DNA of 64,000 bases from Bacteroidales bacterium. GTDB lineage: Bacteria > Bacteroidota > Bacteroidia > Bacteroidales > CAIWKO01. The translations under genes and the position numbers were made by a program. A model generated the notes under the pieces. It saw nothing but the letters and a program-made list of their open reading frames with translations, was not told the DNA's origin and searched no databases. Location of the stretch: positions 1 to 64,000 of the forward strand of contig DAOORA010000013.1 of assembly GCA_035389045.1 (NCBI GenBank), written 5' to 3'. Below, in pieces: positions 31,301-40,818 of the stretch; positions within the stretch are counted from its first letter, which is position 1, and every line of letters begins with the position of its first letter.

Positions 31301-31806
31301 AGGATGATGATTTCAATAATCCGATTCGCCTGAATGGTTATTTCATCCAGGATGCTGATAAATACACTTCAGGAAGTATAGAATACAAATTTAACGGCTT
31401 GGGTTATGGGCAGCACCAGTTGACCATCAGGGCTTTTGATCTGGTAAATAATTCTTCGGAAAAAGTAATCCATTTCAATGTGAAAGGGCCTGATGATGCC
31501 GGTTTTGGAAAAGTTTTCAACTATCCGGATCCTTTTACAGACCACACAAACTTTTACATAGAAACCAACATGAGTACAGGTGATCAACATTTAAAGATTT
31601 CGGTCTATGATATGACAGGACGGATGGCAGCAGAAATTCATCATGACATTGCCGCAGGAAATTACCAGCCTGTGGAAATAAGATGGAATGCCTGCAACGC
31701 TCAAGGAGGGCCATTATCCAGAGGGTTTTATTCTTATACCGTAACACTTACTGATACTGAGGGTGTACAAAAGAGATGTGCTGAGAAGTTAATAATTCTG
31801 AAATAA
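28354..31806 (+). CDS. porU: Second PorU-like sortase (peptidase C25), lacking about 140 N-terminal aa of copy 1
   Basis: Collinear with copy 1 from 'SVLS.G.WY'; catalytic 'NYTGHGG' and 'TATCEF'; 'LLGDPAL'; CTD 'FNYPDPF...KLIILK'. Confidence 0.88.
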   Translation: MRRKYPAYFVLILLFCVVQNSFPQKKAEKGYFAPVSVLSDGRWYKIATVFDGVYRLTYHDLIQLGMSEPFMASDFRLFGNGGALLPEKISDFRYDDLAENPVFVYDGGDGTINDGDYILFYGQSTVKWYFRPVILTFEHQLNYYSDTSFYFITFDHGQGKRIQTYPQIIQSPGIVISKFDEHVFHELDSVNLLRSGKQWFGEVFNDTYTRNFRFHFPDISVSDTLKARINVAVRSTQKSVVSCGNNGITVSSDTVLPVDGNVNSDYAKSKTIMMNIVPPSDTITINLSYNKPETASVAWLNFIELYGVRHLIYRGEQFHFRSLKTLGNAVSRFDITNMASSVSVWNITDFTALTEMPLDVNGSIFSMKVYTDSLTEFVAFDNDNLLNPILLGDIPSQNLHGSSQSTLVIVTHPDFIAEANRMADFHRSTDGMSVCVATTRQIYNEFSSGKQDPVAIRDFIRMFYERGKTDSAHQLHYVLLFGDGSYDMKDRLTSNTNFIPVWQTENSLMPTASYVSDDFYAMLDSLEGDNLNGDLDIGVGRFPVCSEIEANVMVDKSIRYGSPNDLVPDSFEHGTVSNFDPWRNSLIFVADDEDGNLHFKQAEKLITLVDSLNRIVNINKIYLDAYQQKNTPFGAKYPDVNKDIKRLIRKGTLMVNYTGHGGEAGLAAEEVVTMADIEQYENYYCLPVFITATCEFSRYDNPAFQSAGEKLLFNKKGGSIALFSTTRVAYAHSNEIVNRNILKTAFTPVSGNRVRFGDMIRKAKNMCSPGVYMQNFTLLGDPALAFAIPEYHVVTDFCGADTLSSLQDTIFNNSIVTVRGHIENRFSELQAGFDGKLFPVVYDKPVIYNTLVNDPGVSYPATFYTQQTELYRGNVTVENGIFEFSFFVPRDISFAGGYGKISYYAKSPWHDASGVFDSLCLYNDGITESSDMTGPEIIGYLDNPSFTDGSYTSPEPFMKLYLHDTSGINCFGLGIGHEITAVQDDDFNNPIRLNGYFIQDADKYTSGSIEYKFNGLGYGQHQLTIRAFDLVNNSSEKVIHFNVKGPDDAGFGKVFNYPDPFTDHTNFYIETNMSTGDQHLKISVYDMTGRMAAEIHHDIAAGNYQPVEIRWNACNAQGGPLSRGFYSYTVTLTDTEGVQKRCAEKLIILK

Positions 31807-31912
31807 TTATACATAATAAAATAATATAACAGGTTCAGACAAAAAAATTTACAATACAATATAATTTTAAATTATTCGTTATTTTTGCACTCACAAAAAT
31901 TCTATTATCTCA

Positions 31913-33151
31913 ATGAAAAGAATCCTATTTGCAGTTATAGCATTTATCTTACTCGGAACCAGTTTATTTGCACAGAGCAGTCAGACCAGTGATTTGTTGA
32001 AAAACAAGTTAAACACCATTACGACCGCCGTTCCTTTTTTGTTGATTGCTCCGGATGCCCGTGGTGGCGGATTGGGTGATGCCGGCGCTGCATCTTTACC
32101 TGATGCCAATTCAATGCACTGGAACCCTGCTAAATATGGTTTTGTGGAGAAAGATTTTGGATTTTCGGTATCTTACAGTCCCTGGTTGCACAAACTGGTG
32201 AATGATATCAATCTTGCCTATCTCGGGGCCTATAAAAGGATCAATAAACGTCAGGTACTTTCTATGTCGCTGAGATATTTCTCTCTTGGTAACATCACCT
32301 TTACCAACGAAACCGGCCAGAATATCGGACAGTATAAACCGAACGAATTTTCTCTTGACGCCTCCTATGCGTTTAAATTTACCAATGAAGTTTCCGGCGC
32401 TATTGCATTACGATATATTTATTCAAATCTTACAGGCGGTATTTATGTGGCCGGGGCACAGTCAAAAGCCGGACAGGCCGTGGCTGCCGACGTAAGTGTA
32501 TATTATGAGAAACCAATTGAAATCAAAGGTATTAACACGACCTTTGGACTGGGAGCCAATATTTCAAATATCGGTAATAAAATATCCTATACTGAAAACC
32601 TTGACCGGGATTTTATTCCTACCAACCTGAGGCTTGGATTTTCTTATGCTGTTAATTTTGATAAAAACAATTCCCTCGCCCTGCTGCTCGATTTCAACAA
32701 ACTGCTTGTTCCGACACCTCCGGTGTATCAGCTCGATTCCACAGGAAAATATGTGTATGATGTGGATGGGAATAAGATCATTGAAGCAGGAAAAGACCCG
32801 AATGTGGGCGTGGTACGTGGTATGATACAGTCTTTTTATGACGCACCGGGCGGATTTGGCGAAGAATTGAAAGAAATCAACATTGCAGCAGGATTAGAAT
32901 ATTGGTATGCCAAACAATTTTCAATACGTGCGGGCTATTTCAATGAAGCTTCCACCAAAGGAAACCGCAAATATCTGACCATCGGTGCGGGTTTGCGTTA
33001 CAGCGTCTTCGGGCTTGATTTTGCTTACCTTATTCCTGTTACACAGCGCAACCCGCTTGAAAATACCCTGCGTTTCAGCTTGCTTTTCAACTTCGATAAA
33101 GTGAAAGGAAAGAAAGAAAAAGAAGCTGATGAAATAAAAAAGAATGAGTAG
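31913..33151 (+). CDS. porV: T9SS outer-membrane shuttle PorV (LptO)
   Basis: 'NTITTAVPFLLIAPDAR', 'HWNPAKY', 'SYSPWL', 'GLEYWY', 'KGNRKY' and 'NPLENTLRFSL'. Confidence 0.95.
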   Translation: MKRILFAVIAFILLGTSLFAQSSQTSDLLKNKLNTITTAVPFLLIAPDARGGGLGDAGAASLPDANSMHWNPAKYGFVEKDFGFSVSYSPWLHKLVNDINLAYLGAYKRINKRQVLSMSLRYFSLGNITFTNETGQNIGQYKPNEFSLDASYAFKFTNEVSGAIALRYIYSNLTGGIYVAGAQSKAGQAVAADVSVYYEKPIEIKGINTTFGLGANISNIGNKISYTENLDRDFIPTNLRLGFSYAVNFDKNNSLALLLDFNKLLVPTPPVYQLDSTGKYVYDVDGNKIIEAGKDPNVGVVRGMIQSFYDAPGGFGEELKEINIAAGLEYWYAKQFSIRAGYFNEASTKGNRKYLTIGAGLRYSVFGLDFAYLIPVTQRNPLENTLRFSLLFNFDKVKGKKEKEADEIKKNE

Positions 33152-33614
33152 GATCGGATTTGGTTTCGACACACACAAACTCGAGACTTCTGCTGAATTA
33201 TTTCTTGGAGGTGTAAAAATTCCATCAGAAAAAGGTTCTGTCGGCCATTCTGATGGTGATGTGCTTATCCATGCCATCTGTGATGCCTTGCTGGGAGCAG
33301 CCAATCTTGGAGATATCGGCACTCATTTTCCGGACACTGACCCTCAATACAAGGGCATAGACAGCACGAAACTGTTGGCAAAAGTCATCGCGCTTCTCAA
33401 TGAAAAGAACTATCATATTGCCAACATCGACACCACGGTATGTCTCGAAAAACCAAAAATTGCACCCGTTATCGGTCAGATTCAGAAAAAACTCTCCGAA
33501 GTAATGGGAATACCTGAATACGATATATCTGTAAAGGCCAAAACCTCTGAAAAACTTGGTTTTATCGGCAGGCAGGAAGGCATTTCCGCTTATGCCATAG
33601 TGCTGCTGGATTGA
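33144..33614 (+). CDS. ispF: 2-C-methyl-D-erythritol 2,4-cyclodiphosphate synthase
   Basis: 'RIGFGFDTH', 'GHSDGDVLIHAICDALLGA' and 'DIGTHFPD'; overlaps the porV stop. Confidence 0.97.
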   Translation: MSRIGFGFDTHKLETSAELFLGGVKIPSEKGSVGHSDGDVLIHAICDALLGAANLGDIGTHFPDTDPQYKGIDSTKLLAKVIALLNEKNYHIANIDTTVCLEKPKIAPVIGQIQKKLSEVMGIPEYDISVKAKTSEKLGFIGRQEGISAYAIVLLD

Positions 33615-33842
33615 AATTTTCAGTTCAATACAAAGCAAAATCTTCAATGTGAAAAGTTAACAAGGTTTCTGCACCTGTTTTCTGTCATAGTATGTCGCCA
33701 GTTTTACTGTACATAATTATGAAAACTAAGATTTGTTGCTCATATCTGGTTATCCGAAAAAAAAATTGTAAATCAGGTATATCCAGCCTGTCAATTCGTA
33801 AATGTTTTTAATTTTGTTCATAATCTAATAATTTTATAGAAT

Positions 33843-36509
33843 ATGAAGAAAATATTTTTGACACATGTCTTACTGCTTTTGAATTTAATGTTATTTGCCA
33901 ATGCGGTATCTCTGGAATCAGCTCAAAAAACAGCAGTCATTTATTTCCGGTACTTTGTCAGTGACAAGACTGATTATAGTATTTCGGATGTGTATGTACA
34001 GCAGGAAGACGGCCTGACAACTTTTTACATATTTAATTTTACTTCAGGCGGATTTATTATTGTTTCAGCCGATGATGCTGCCTTACCTGTTTTGGGTTAT
34101 TCCGAAAGCGGAACATACCATGAAAATAACATTCCTGTTCAGATGATCGGTTTGTTAGAAAATTATAGTGCTGAAATTAAATATATAATTGATCAGAAAT
34201 TAGATAACAAACAAACCATAAAGAAATGGAATAATATCCTGAACAACAATCTGCCGTCAGCGAAACTTGTTGTCAATCCCTTATGCAGCACACAATGGAA
34301 TCAGGATGGAAGCTATAATGATATAGTTGAACAATATACCGAGACAGGTGTATATACCGGCTGTGTGGCCACTGCTATGGGACAGATCATGAAAAAATGG
34401 AATTATCCGGCAACAGGTATTGGTATACATACTTACACAGAGGCTACGTACGGTCAGTTATCGGTTAATTATGGAGGCACTAGTTATGCCTGGACATCAA
34501 TGCCTAATTCGCTGACTGGCAGCACCAGTGCGCAGAAAATTGCCATAGGCACCTTGTTGTACCATTGTGGGGTAGCCGTAAATATGGAATATACGACCAG
34601 CGGCTCAGGCGCTTCAGCCTGGTATGTACCCGATGCCCTGATCGATCATTTCGGCTATCAGAGCACAGCAGAGGTGGAATTCCAGTCGCTTTTCAGTAAT
34701 GCAAACTGGATCAATATGTTAAAAGCCGAACTGGATGCCGGAAGACCTTTGATGTATTCGGGAGATGATGGAACATCAGGGCATGCATTTGTTTTTGATG
34801 GTTATAATGCATATGATCAGTTTCATGTTAATTGGGGCTGGTCGGGATATTACGACGGGTACTTTACTATCGGCAGCCTCAATCCGGGCAGTGATAGTTT
34901 CAATAACAATAATTCTGCAGTTATACGTATTCAACCTCCCTCAGTGGCAGCACGAGCTGATTTCAAAGCAAGCACCATAGCACCTTCTGTGGGAGCCACT
35001 GTTACCTTTACGGATCTCTCGGCCAATAACCCTGTATCCTGGACATGGAACTTTGAAGGAGGCAGTCCCTCAACTTATTCCGGACCAACACCGCCTCCTA
35101 TAACATATTCAACGGCAGGCACTTATTATGTTTCTCTTGCTGTTTCAAATGCCAGCGGAAGCGATATGAAAATAAAGCCATTTTATATTGAGGTAGGCGG
35201 CACCCCGTCGGCATGGATAAAGCAGAACACAGGTTTTTCCAAACCCTCCCAGGGAATACGGCAGATTTCCATTGTCGATGCCAATGTTGCATGGGCTGCA
35301 GCCTATAATGGCATTAATTCCGACAATCCCTCACAGGATTTTACCAGGACTGTGGATGGTGGTAATACCTGGATTCCCGGCAGGATCACCTTTGCCGGTT
35401 CGGAAAATTACAGTATTGCAAATTTCCACGCTATGAGCCAGCTGGTATGTTATGCGTGCATGTTCCCTTCGGGCGCTAATGGCGGGTATATTGTAAAATC
35501 GGTTGACGGGGGGTCAACATGGGGAATCCAGACTTCGGCAAATTTTTCAACAAGCTGGGCGGATTTTGTCCATTTCTTTGATGCAAACAACGGAGTTTGT
35601 GTCGGCGATCCACCGGCTACGCCAAATAAATTCGTTATTTATACCACATCAAACGGGGGTACCACATGGACACAGGTCAACCCCTCCAGTCTTCCGACAA
35701 TTTTAACCGGTGAAACTGCCATTGTTGATCAGTTTGATGCGGTCGGGAACACCATTTTCTTCGGAACAAGCAAGGGTAAATTATTTAAATCGACAGATAA
35801 AGGGGTGAGCTGGACGGCAATAAGCCAGACTACCTTACTGGGAGCAGGAATACAGACAACACCTGTTTTCAAAGATGCCAGTACAGGCATAGTTTTCGGG
35901 GTTAATGCCAGTACGGGTGCGTATGCGGGCATGAAAAAGACTGTCAACGGTGGAAACACATGGTCATCCGTTACGCCTGCCGGTTATTTTGTAAAATATC
36001 CTCATATTGATTTTGTCCCCGGAACGGCATCAACCTGGGTTAATGTTTCAGCGGGCGCGGGAACAGGTTCCTCATACAGCACCAATGATTGCTCTGCCTT
36101 TATAAACATTGATACGGGGTCTGTTCAATATACCTGTGTTGAAATGTACGATATGAATACCGGATGGGCCGGCGGTTTCAATGAAAGTGATGCTGATGGC
36201 GGAATTTATAAATGGGTGAATCCTCTGACTGTCGGTACCGGTGGCCATGATAAAAACAGCGGAACCATTCAGGTTTTTCCTAATCCGACCGACGGCCATA
36301 TTTATATTCAGTTTTCCGTCTTTGCCTCTGAAAAAGCACATATTTGTGTTTATAATATGATTGGCGGGAAGGTACTGGAAAAAGAATTTGATCCTTCTTT
36401 TGATATTCTTTTACCTTTAGACCTGATGGAAAATGAACCCGGAATATACCTGGTGACCGTTCAGACCGGCAGTGAGATAACAGCAGAACGGGTGATGCTG
36501 GTTCATTGA
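33843..36509 (+). CDS. Peptidase C10 (streptopain-like) with propeptide, PKD domain, BNR/YCF48-like propeller and type A T9SS CTD
   Basis: 'GGFIIVSADD' propeptide, 'TGCVATAMGQ' (Cys), 'GHAFVFDG' (His), 'HVNWGW'; Asp-box repeats 'T.DGG.TW'; 'VFPNPT...GIYLV'. Confidence 0.9.
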   Translation: MKKIFLTHVLLLLNLMLFANAVSLESAQKTAVIYFRYFVSDKTDYSISDVYVQQEDGLTTFYIFNFTSGGFIIVSADDAALPVLGYSESGTYHENNIPVQMIGLLENYSAEIKYIIDQKLDNKQTIKKWNNILNNNLPSAKLVVNPLCSTQWNQDGSYNDIVEQYTETGVYTGCVATAMGQIMKKWNYPATGIGIHTYTEATYGQLSVNYGGTSYAWTSMPNSLTGSTSAQKIAIGTLLYHCGVAVNMEYTTSGSGASAWYVPDALIDHFGYQSTAEVEFQSLFSNANWINMLKAELDAGRPLMYSGDDGTSGHAFVFDGYNAYDQFHVNWGWSGYYDGYFTIGSLNPGSDSFNNNNSAVIRIQPPSVAARADFKASTIAPSVGATVTFTDLSANNPVSWTWNFEGGSPSTYSGPTPPPITYSTAGTYYVSLAVSNASGSDMKIKPFYIEVGGTPSAWIKQNTGFSKPSQGIRQISIVDANVAWAAAYNGINSDNPSQDFTRTVDGGNTWIPGRITFAGSENYSIANFHAMSQLVCYACMFPSGANGGYIVKSVDGGSTWGIQTSANFSTSWADFVHFFDANNGVCVGDPPATPNKFVIYTTSNGGTTWTQVNPSSLPTILTGETAIVDQFDAVGNTIFFGTSKGKLFKSTDKGVSWTAISQTTLLGAGIQTTPVFKDASTGIVFGVNASTGAYAGMKKTVNGGNTWSSVTPAGYFVKYPHIDFVPGTASTWVNVSAGAGTGSSYSTNDCSAFINIDTGSVQYTCVEMYDMNTGWAGGFNESDADGGIYKWVNPLTVGTGGHDKNSGTIQVFPNPTDGHIYIQFSVFASEKAHICVYNMIGGKVLEKEFDPSFDILLPLDLMENEPGIYLVTVQTGSEITAERVMLVH

Positions 36510-36527
36510 AAAACCATAAATTAACTA

Positions 36528-37952
36528 TTACCGGAAAAACCGTTCATTAAAATTGACCAGGAAAAGTTTTTTTGTGCTTCGTGTAACCGCCGTGTAAAGC
36601 CAACGCAGGTATTCCTCGTTTACCATTTCTTCCGTCAGGTAACCCTGTTCCACAAATACGTTTTCCCATTGTCCTCCCTGTGTTTTATGGCAGGTCATGG
36701 CATAGGCAAATTTCACCTGCAGTGCATTCAGATAGGGATCGTTATAAATCAGTTTATGGCGTTTGTTTTTCTCCGGTATATGTAAATAATTTTCCTGAAC
36801 GGCCAGGAAGAGTTTTCGGAAATCTGTTATGGGCAAAGAAGGCGCCTCGGAACTGAGTGTGTTTAACAGCAATTTGGCTTCGATATCTTTTTCGTCCGGG
36901 TAATCAACCATCCGTATGGTAGCATCGGCAAAAAAGAACTCTTCGGTGAACTGTTCAATTTTTCTGACACGGAGCACTTCGGCAATGTCGCCGTTGGCGA
37001 TGAATCCGGCTTTTGATTTTTTTGATATCCAGAAGTAGTTGTTTTTCACGATCATGATCTTATCCCCGGCATTTATCTCGCCTTCGCGGTACAGTAACCG
37101 TTTGCGGATCTCGTTGTTGTACAGGTTGGCTCTTTTGTTTGAACGGCAGATCAGAATACTTCCGGCATCGCCTGCCCCTGAATAAGCTGAGTTCAGCGCA
37201 TCTTCAAGTTCGGCGCCGTTAATACGTATAACATCCTTAAATCCTGATGTCTCAAAAAAGCCGCTTTGGAAATCCGACGAATTGAGCATCCGGCGTATGT
37301 ATGTTGCATTGGTAAGAATTCCTGAAGATTCTTCCTGACGCACTACTTCGGTAAGCTCGAAACTCTCCGGGGTTAAATGATAAGAGGTTTTAAGCAGCTT
37401 TTCATCCAGTGCGGGGCTTAGCTCCGTGCCTACGGGCGGCAATTGTGCTGTATCGCCGACAAAGATCAGCGAGCAGTTTCCGCCGCTGAACACGTAGGTA
37501 AGCAGGTCTTCGAGAAGGTTAGCAGCGGGGAATAACTGGCTGGGGCTGGCTGCTTCGCCGGCGATCATTGAGGCCTCATCAATAATGAAAATAGTGTCTG
37601 TAGCCTTATTCAGCCGTAACGACATCTGAAATCCGTCATCATCGTCATTGATCATGTAAATACCTTTGTGTATGGTGTAAGCAGGGTGCCCTGAATAGGA
37701 TGCCAGAACTTTGGCAGCCCGGCCTGTAGGCGCCAACAGTACAGTTGAATACTCAAGCTGCGGAAGTATTTTTACCAGTATGCTGACCAGGGTTGTTTTT
37801 CCGGTACCGGCATAACCTTTCACAAGAAAAACCTTGTTCTGCTCCGGTGATGTAATGAATTCAGAGAGTTTTTTGATCAGCACCTCTTGATCTGCTGTTG
37901 GAACATATGGAAAATTCTTTGTGAAAAGTTCTGCTATGTAGGAAGCGTGCAT
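36528..37952 (-). CDS. ATP-dependent RecD-like SF1 helicase (AAA_30 / UvrD_C_2)
   Basis: Walker A GYAGTGKT, 'APTGRAAK', DEASM, 'GDTAQLPPV', 'YAMTCHKTQG' and 'YTAVTR'. Confidence 0.9.
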   Translation of the reverse strand: MHASYIAELFTKNFPYVPTADQEVLIKKLSEFITSPEQNKVFLVKGYAGTGKTTLVSILVKILPQLEYSTVLLAPTGRAAKVLASYSGHPAYTIHKGIYMINDDDDGFQMSLRLNKATDTIFIIDEASMIAGEAASPSQLFPAANLLEDLLTYVFSGGNCSLIFVGDTAQLPPVGTELSPALDEKLLKTSYHLTPESFELTEVVRQEESSGILTNATYIRRMLNSSDFQSGFFETSGFKDVIRINGAELEDALNSAYSGAGDAGSILICRSNKRANLYNNEIRKRLLYREGEINAGDKIMIVKNNYFWISKKSKAGFIANGDIAEVLRVRKIEQFTEEFFFADATIRMVDYPDEKDIEAKLLLNTLSSEAPSLPITDFRKLFLAVQENYLHIPEKNKRHKLIYNDPYLNALQVKFAYAMTCHKTQGGQWENVFVEQGYLTEEMVNEEYLRWLYTAVTRSTKKLFLVNFNERFFR

Positions 37953-38296
37953 TTTGTATTAAATGAGTATTAAATACCTGGAAAATGGAGTTTGGTGCCG
38001 TATGATCAGTGATTTATATTTTGTATCCATACAAAGTAAAGGAAAGATTATGAAAGAGCGTATGAATTTGTTGTTTATTTCTATACCCCTATTCTAAACC
38101 GAATATGAAGAAACATCGGAATAATAGCATTTTTCCCTTAACCAAGATCCATAGTTGCGGCATTATGAATTTCTGATGGCTGTCCATAGACGTATGTATA
38201 AGATTTATATAATTGATGATAAGGAAGTTACTGGTTTTTATCGGCTTTATCATAGAAGTGCAGAGAAATAATAAGTAATTTTGCAAAAAAAAACTT

Positions 38297-39073
38297 ATGA
38301 ATAGAACAGCATTGATTACAGGGGCATCAAGCGGTATTGGCCTTGAAATGGCACGGATACATGCGTCCAGAGGAGGCAACCTTGTTCTTGTGGCACGTAA
38401 CCTTAAGAAACTCGAAGAGTTGAAATCTGAATTTGAATTAAAATACAGTATCAGGGTTCATGTCATTGGCAAAGACCTTTCCGTAACCGATTCTGCAAAG
38501 GAGATTTATGAAGAGGTAAGACAACAGAACATAAGTATTGATTTTCTTATCAATAATGCCGGCTACGGCGATTATGGCCTTTTTACAGACACCGACTGGG
38601 AAAAGGAAGCCCGGATGTTGCAACTGAATATAGTCACACTGACGCAACTCACAAAAATCTTACTTCCTGATATGATCAGCAGGGGAGGTGGAAAAATTAT
38701 GAATCTGGGTTCAACGGCTTCGTTTCAGCCGGTGGCACTCATGACCGTATATGCAGCCACCAAAGCTTACGTTTTGAGTTTCTCACAGGCTATTCACAGT
38801 GAACTTGCCGGTAAAGGAATTACAGTTACAGCCCTGTGTCCCGGCCTGACCGAGAGTGGCTTTGTGGATGCAGCTGCGATGGGCGACAGCAAAATGACCA
38901 CAAAGAAGTTGCCCACTTCGCGGGAGGTTGCGGAATATGGTTACGATGCGATGATAAAGGGCAAAGCCATTGCCGTGCATGGATTAAAAAACCGGCTGTT
39001 AATATTTTTGCAAAGGTTTGTTTCGCGGCGTATGGCGGTGGAAATGACAAAACACCTGATGGAAACTAAATAA
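38297..39073 (+). CDS. Short-chain dehydrogenase/reductase
   Basis: TGASSGIG, NNAG and YAATK. Confidence 0.93.
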   Translation: MNRTALITGASSGIGLEMARIHASRGGNLVLVARNLKKLEELKSEFELKYSIRVHVIGKDLSVTDSAKEIYEEVRQQNISIDFLINNAGYGDYGLFTDTDWEKEARMLQLNIVTLTQLTKILLPDMISRGGGKIMNLGSTASFQPVALMTVYAATKAYVLSFSQAIHSELAGKGITVTALCPGLTESGFVDAAAMGDSKMTTKKLPTSREVAEYGYDAMIKGKAIAVHGLKNRLLIFLQRFVSRRMAVEMTKHLMETK

Positions 39074-39084
39074 CCGTTTGCCGG

Positions 39085-40113
39085 CTATTTGTTCTTTTCG
39101 TGGTATTCTTTGATAAAAACCTCCCAGGTTTTGTCTTTATGTTGATTTTCAACGAAGTACAGTAGAATGGGGTAAAGAGCCTCCGGTGTCAGATATTGGC
39201 TTGTGTAGGAAATATACTTCAGGTCTTCATCAAAAAACAGTAAAGAGGGCAAAGATATCCTTTCACCGATAAGCTGGTGAAAAAAAGGATGAAAGGCTTT
39301 GTTTTCAGAAGTATTTACAAAAAGCTGGTTCTGATAAGCGATAGTATCCATTGTTTGGGCATCCATATACACCGTGTGAAAGTGTTCGCGGATGTACTGT
39401 GTAACCGTACTGTTATTGATGGTGCTCCGGTACATGGTTTTGCCCCCGTTGCACCAGGTATTATTGACAAACAAAAGGATTTTTTTCTTTGTTGTTTTAT
39501 TCTTTTCGGCCACCTCCTTAAACGATTTCATCCAGGTGACGGTATCATTTGTTACCGCTCCAGAATCGGGATAAAAGGCCTTAAAGAAGTAATTGCGGAA
39601 ATCCATCACACTGGTGGTATTAAAAATGTATTCTACGGTGAAAACCAACATGGGTTCTATTTCTTTTTCACTCAGATAGCCGGGCGCCACTGCTTTAAAC
39701 TGATAGTTGTTGTTGAAAAATATGATGGTCGGATAGGATAGTTTTCCTTCGAGCAGGTAAACAGCCAAATCGTTGGCAGAACGGTCACCCGGATTTTTAT
39801 TGAAATACTTTTTCTCTAAGAATTCAATCGTATCATGTGTTTCGGCATTGAAACGAACGGGATAAAAATAGGCGTTGATATAACTAGCGATTCCGGAATT
39901 CGAGAACGTGGTTTTCATCATGTGCTTGCACCATCCGCACCAGTTGGTGTAGACGTCTATCAGCATGGGTTTGGGCTGGGTTTTATTCAGTTCCTGTGCG
40001 GTTTCAATATCCAGCCATTTTACAAGGCCTGTGTTTTCAGGTTCGGCCTGCTGTGAAAACACTTTCAGGCAGAGCTGGAAGATCAATGCAGTGCTGATTA
40101 CTATATTTCGCAT
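39085..40113 (-). CDS. Secreted tandem thioredoxin-fold (DUF255/Thioredoxin_7-like) protein
   Basis: Domain 1 'DVYTNWCGWCKHM...FYPVRFNAE'; domain 2 'NTWCNGGKTM...FHTVYMDAQ'; start at MRNIV assumed. Confidence 0.8.
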   Translation of the reverse strand: MRNIVISTALIFQLCLKVFSQQAEPENTGLVKWLDIETAQELNKTQPKPMLIDVYTNWCGWCKHMMKTTFSNSGIASYINAYFYPVRFNAETHDTIEFLEKKYFNKNPGDRSANDLAVYLLEGKLSYPTIIFFNNNYQFKAVAPGYLSEKEIEPMLVFTVEYIFNTTSVMDFRNYFFKAFYPDSGAVTNDTVTWMKSFKEVAEKNKTTKKKILLFVNNTWCNGGKTMYRSTINNSTVTQYIREHFHTVYMDAQTMDTIAYQNQLFVNTSENKAFHPFFHQLIGERISLPSLLFFDEDLKYISYTSQYLTPEALYPILLYFVENQHKDKTWEVFIKEYHEKNK

Positions 40114-40182
40114 AATTTCTAAGTGCGTAAAATGTCTTAGTGGTTCCAAAAAACGTTTCGATTGACAAAGATACACAACCTT

Positions 40183-40818
40183 CTATTTTAAGCGGTAAAG
40201 AACAGCCTGTTCGGTGTAAAAAATTTCAACGATATCGAGCATGATCAGGTTTACCAGTATTGTTTCCGATTGTTTTTTATTTATTCCGGCCAGCCGGCAA
40301 AATTCTACCTGATTGATATATGGATTGGAAGTCAGGTAATCCAGCAGTTTTTTTTCTTTTTCGGTAAAGGTGATATGGGTAGGACAGGCTTTGAGTTTTC
40401 GTTTCCATACCCGGACATGAACCGGGGAAGCGGCAAAGTTCTTGTCATCAACCCTGACATAAGCAAGCCATTTACCGCTAAACTCCTGAGCATAGCATAT
40501 TTCATCGGTCAGTTTGGGGATAATGATTTCCAGCACAGTTTTTCCAGCCTCGTTCCACTGGTGTATTTCGAGGTTCATGGTCGGTTTGCAGTACATCTGG
40601 GCTGCGGCTTCCGCCATATATATTTCTTCCTCACTACGCACGCCGGCGATTTTTCCGTTGTCTTTCACACCGATAAGCAGTATGCCGCCGTCGGTATTAG
40701 CAAAAGCTGAGATGCTGCGGGCAATTTTCCGTGAATCAGATATCTCAAATTTAAAATCCAGGCATTGGTGTTCACCCTGCTCAATAAGTTTTCCGATATG
40801 TGATTTTTTTAATATCAC
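40183..40818 (-). CDS. Schlafen/AlbA_2 domain protein with a C-terminal winged-HTH-like region
   Basis: 'GEHQCLDFK', 'ISAFANTDGGILLIGVKDNG'; the GTG start overlaps the upstream TGA. Confidence 0.88.
   Translation of the reverse strand: MILKKSHIGKLIEQGEHQCLDFKFEISDSRKIARSISAFANTDGGILLIGVKDNGKIAGVRSEEEIYMAEAAAQMYCKPTMNLEIHQWNEAGKTVLEIIIPKLTDEICYAQEFSGKWLAYVRVDDKNFAASPVHVRVWKRKLKACPTHITFTEKEKKLLDYLTSNPYINQVEFCRLAGINKKQSETILVNLIMLDIVEIFYTEQAVLYRLK

Noticed and set aside
24417..31806. Tandem porU as an assembly duplication
   Set aside because: The two copies differ extensively at DNA and protein level along their whole length.
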